A stretch of DNA of 64,000 nucleotides, from positions 1 to 64,000 of the forward strand of contig CDMY01000361.1 of NCBI GenBank assembly GCA_001179505.1, read 5' to 3'. This document shows, one piece after another, positions 62,591 through 64,000 of this stretch; positions within the stretch are counted from its first letter, which is position 1; each line of letters starts with the position of its first letter. The DNA comes from Vitrella brassicaformis CCMP3155. Lineage: Eukaryota > Protista > Chromerida. Both the position numbers and the translations under genes were made by a program. The notes under the pieces were generated by a model that made no database searches, was not told the DNA's origin, and was given only the letters and a program-made list of their open reading frames with translations.

Positions 62591-64000
62591 GATGGTTTGG
62601 ATTGACTCTTAGCCGCCGCTAGTGCGACAATCACTGAAGACGGCAACAAAAGATTGCAAAACGGACTTCGGGTATCACATACCGTGAACCTTATGCCCGT
62701 GAACCTCATGCCGTGACAACCATGACTCCATGAGATCGGCTTTCTACATCGTTTATTTTTCGACCACTATTTGTCCAGTAGGTATCGAAAACCTACCTAG
62801 CGAGTGCACGCAGACAGGGTCAAAATTGGACGCAGACCAAAACCACTCTCCCCGCGATGTACATGGATGCAGGCAGGCAGATACAAGCAGACGGACAGAC
62901 ATGTGATGGATGGATGGATGGACACTGACTTTTTATGCGTGTCCCTATCTTTCCGCACCCAGACAAAATCTTGACAAAACCAGCAACGAACACGGACACG
63001 GGGGCAAAATTGGCATTCATAGACGGGTAGACACAACATGCGCAAAAAAGAACCCGTAAAAAAGACTTCCGCACGCAAGACGACGGCGATTTTCTGCGCC
63101 GACTCCCTCGCTCGATTCTCATCCACTTCACCTACCTATGCTGTAGAATAGAACACGCGTTGCATTGGCAACATGCACCCATAGGACGCCACACGGCGCC
63201 CCTCTCGCACACAGGCGCCACGCGAACAAAAACGTGTATACGGTTACGCACATATATACATGCATCCATACAGGCGGCATGCACACGCAGAGGAGTGATG
63301 ATTTTCACTGACTGGCTGCGTGTGTTGTAATTCTGACAAAAAGGCAAAAAGGACCACCCACGCACACAGATGAGATCCATTCCATCGACTGGAAAGGAAC
63401 ATTCATCGATCGATCCCTCTGCGTTGCCCCTCTCCCCCCCTCCTTCCCTCTCTCTCCGTCGCTCTGCGACCTACCTCTGACCACCACCGACCGACGCATC
63501 TCTCTCACCCCCTCCCTCTCTCTGCTCTTTCTGTGCCATTTTCAACCGGTGGACGGTGTGGTAACTGCTCTCTTGATGCAAACAGACGAACGGCTTGCAT
63601 TCAGGGGAGCGCTCGCGTACGTACAAACATGTTTTGAAAAACACCAGCACTCATCCATTCGTTGACTGCATGTGTAGCGTGCGTCGGTTGAGTGTATGTT
63701 CATAACACTCGGGTGACACAGCCATCCATCCATCCAGCCAGCCAGCAAACCAGCAAACCAGACAGACAGACAGACAGGCAGACGATCGATCGAATGATGC
63801 AACCGCACCACACCACATACGCGTTTACATACATACGTAGAAGACAGGCAGGCTTGTTCCCTTCCTTCTCTTCCCCCACCACCCATTCCCCTCCCCTGCC
63901 CTCCCCTACCTACTTACGTACGCACATGGTATTATGTATGTACATAAATAAATAGACAGGCACACACCGATGCCTGCGACTAAACATTTTCAATACTCAC

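Noticed and set aside
62600-64000. Short ORFs and microsatellite or polypyrimidine tracts at the right edge
   Set aside because: Low-complexity intergenic or UTR-like sequence with no coding evidence.
1-64000. CRISPR arrays, rRNA genes, prokaryotic operons or terminators
   Set aside because: None seen; the repeats lack regular spacers and the DNA is eukaryotic.

Overview
Intron-rich eukaryotic genomic DNA with short GT-AG introns full of GACA/GGAT/TCAC microsatellites. The style and an ankyrin-HDAC gene suggest an alveolate such as the chromerid Vitrella; this is inference only. Core genes: RBM28/NOP4 (-), tRNA-Glu(UUC) (-), ankyrin-repeat class II HDAC (+), TAF1 (-), two head-to-head histidine phosphatases, a WDTC1-like WD40/TPR protein (-), a RING protein (-), a DUF1749 hydrolase (-), ALDH6A1 (+) and a large RNI-like LRR protein (-). 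Two accessory blocks lie between them. Block 1 (about 5.9-12.9 kb) has direct repeats around a secreted-type methyltransferase, a dead Helitron-like PIF1 helicase, an FkbM paralog with damaged splice donors, and repeat/MITE-like DNA next to the tRNA. Block 2 (about 19.6-25.3 kb) is an intronless decayed island in which an NB-ARC (STAND) remnant runs in the same reading frame into an FkbM methyltransferase. The window holds five SAM methyltransferases (four with clear N-terminal hydrophobic anchors) and a possible fucosyltransferase remnant, which may point to a glycan-decoration gene neighbourhood. The 300-N gap looks like an assembly artefact. Exon boundaries were read by eye and gene ends are approximate.
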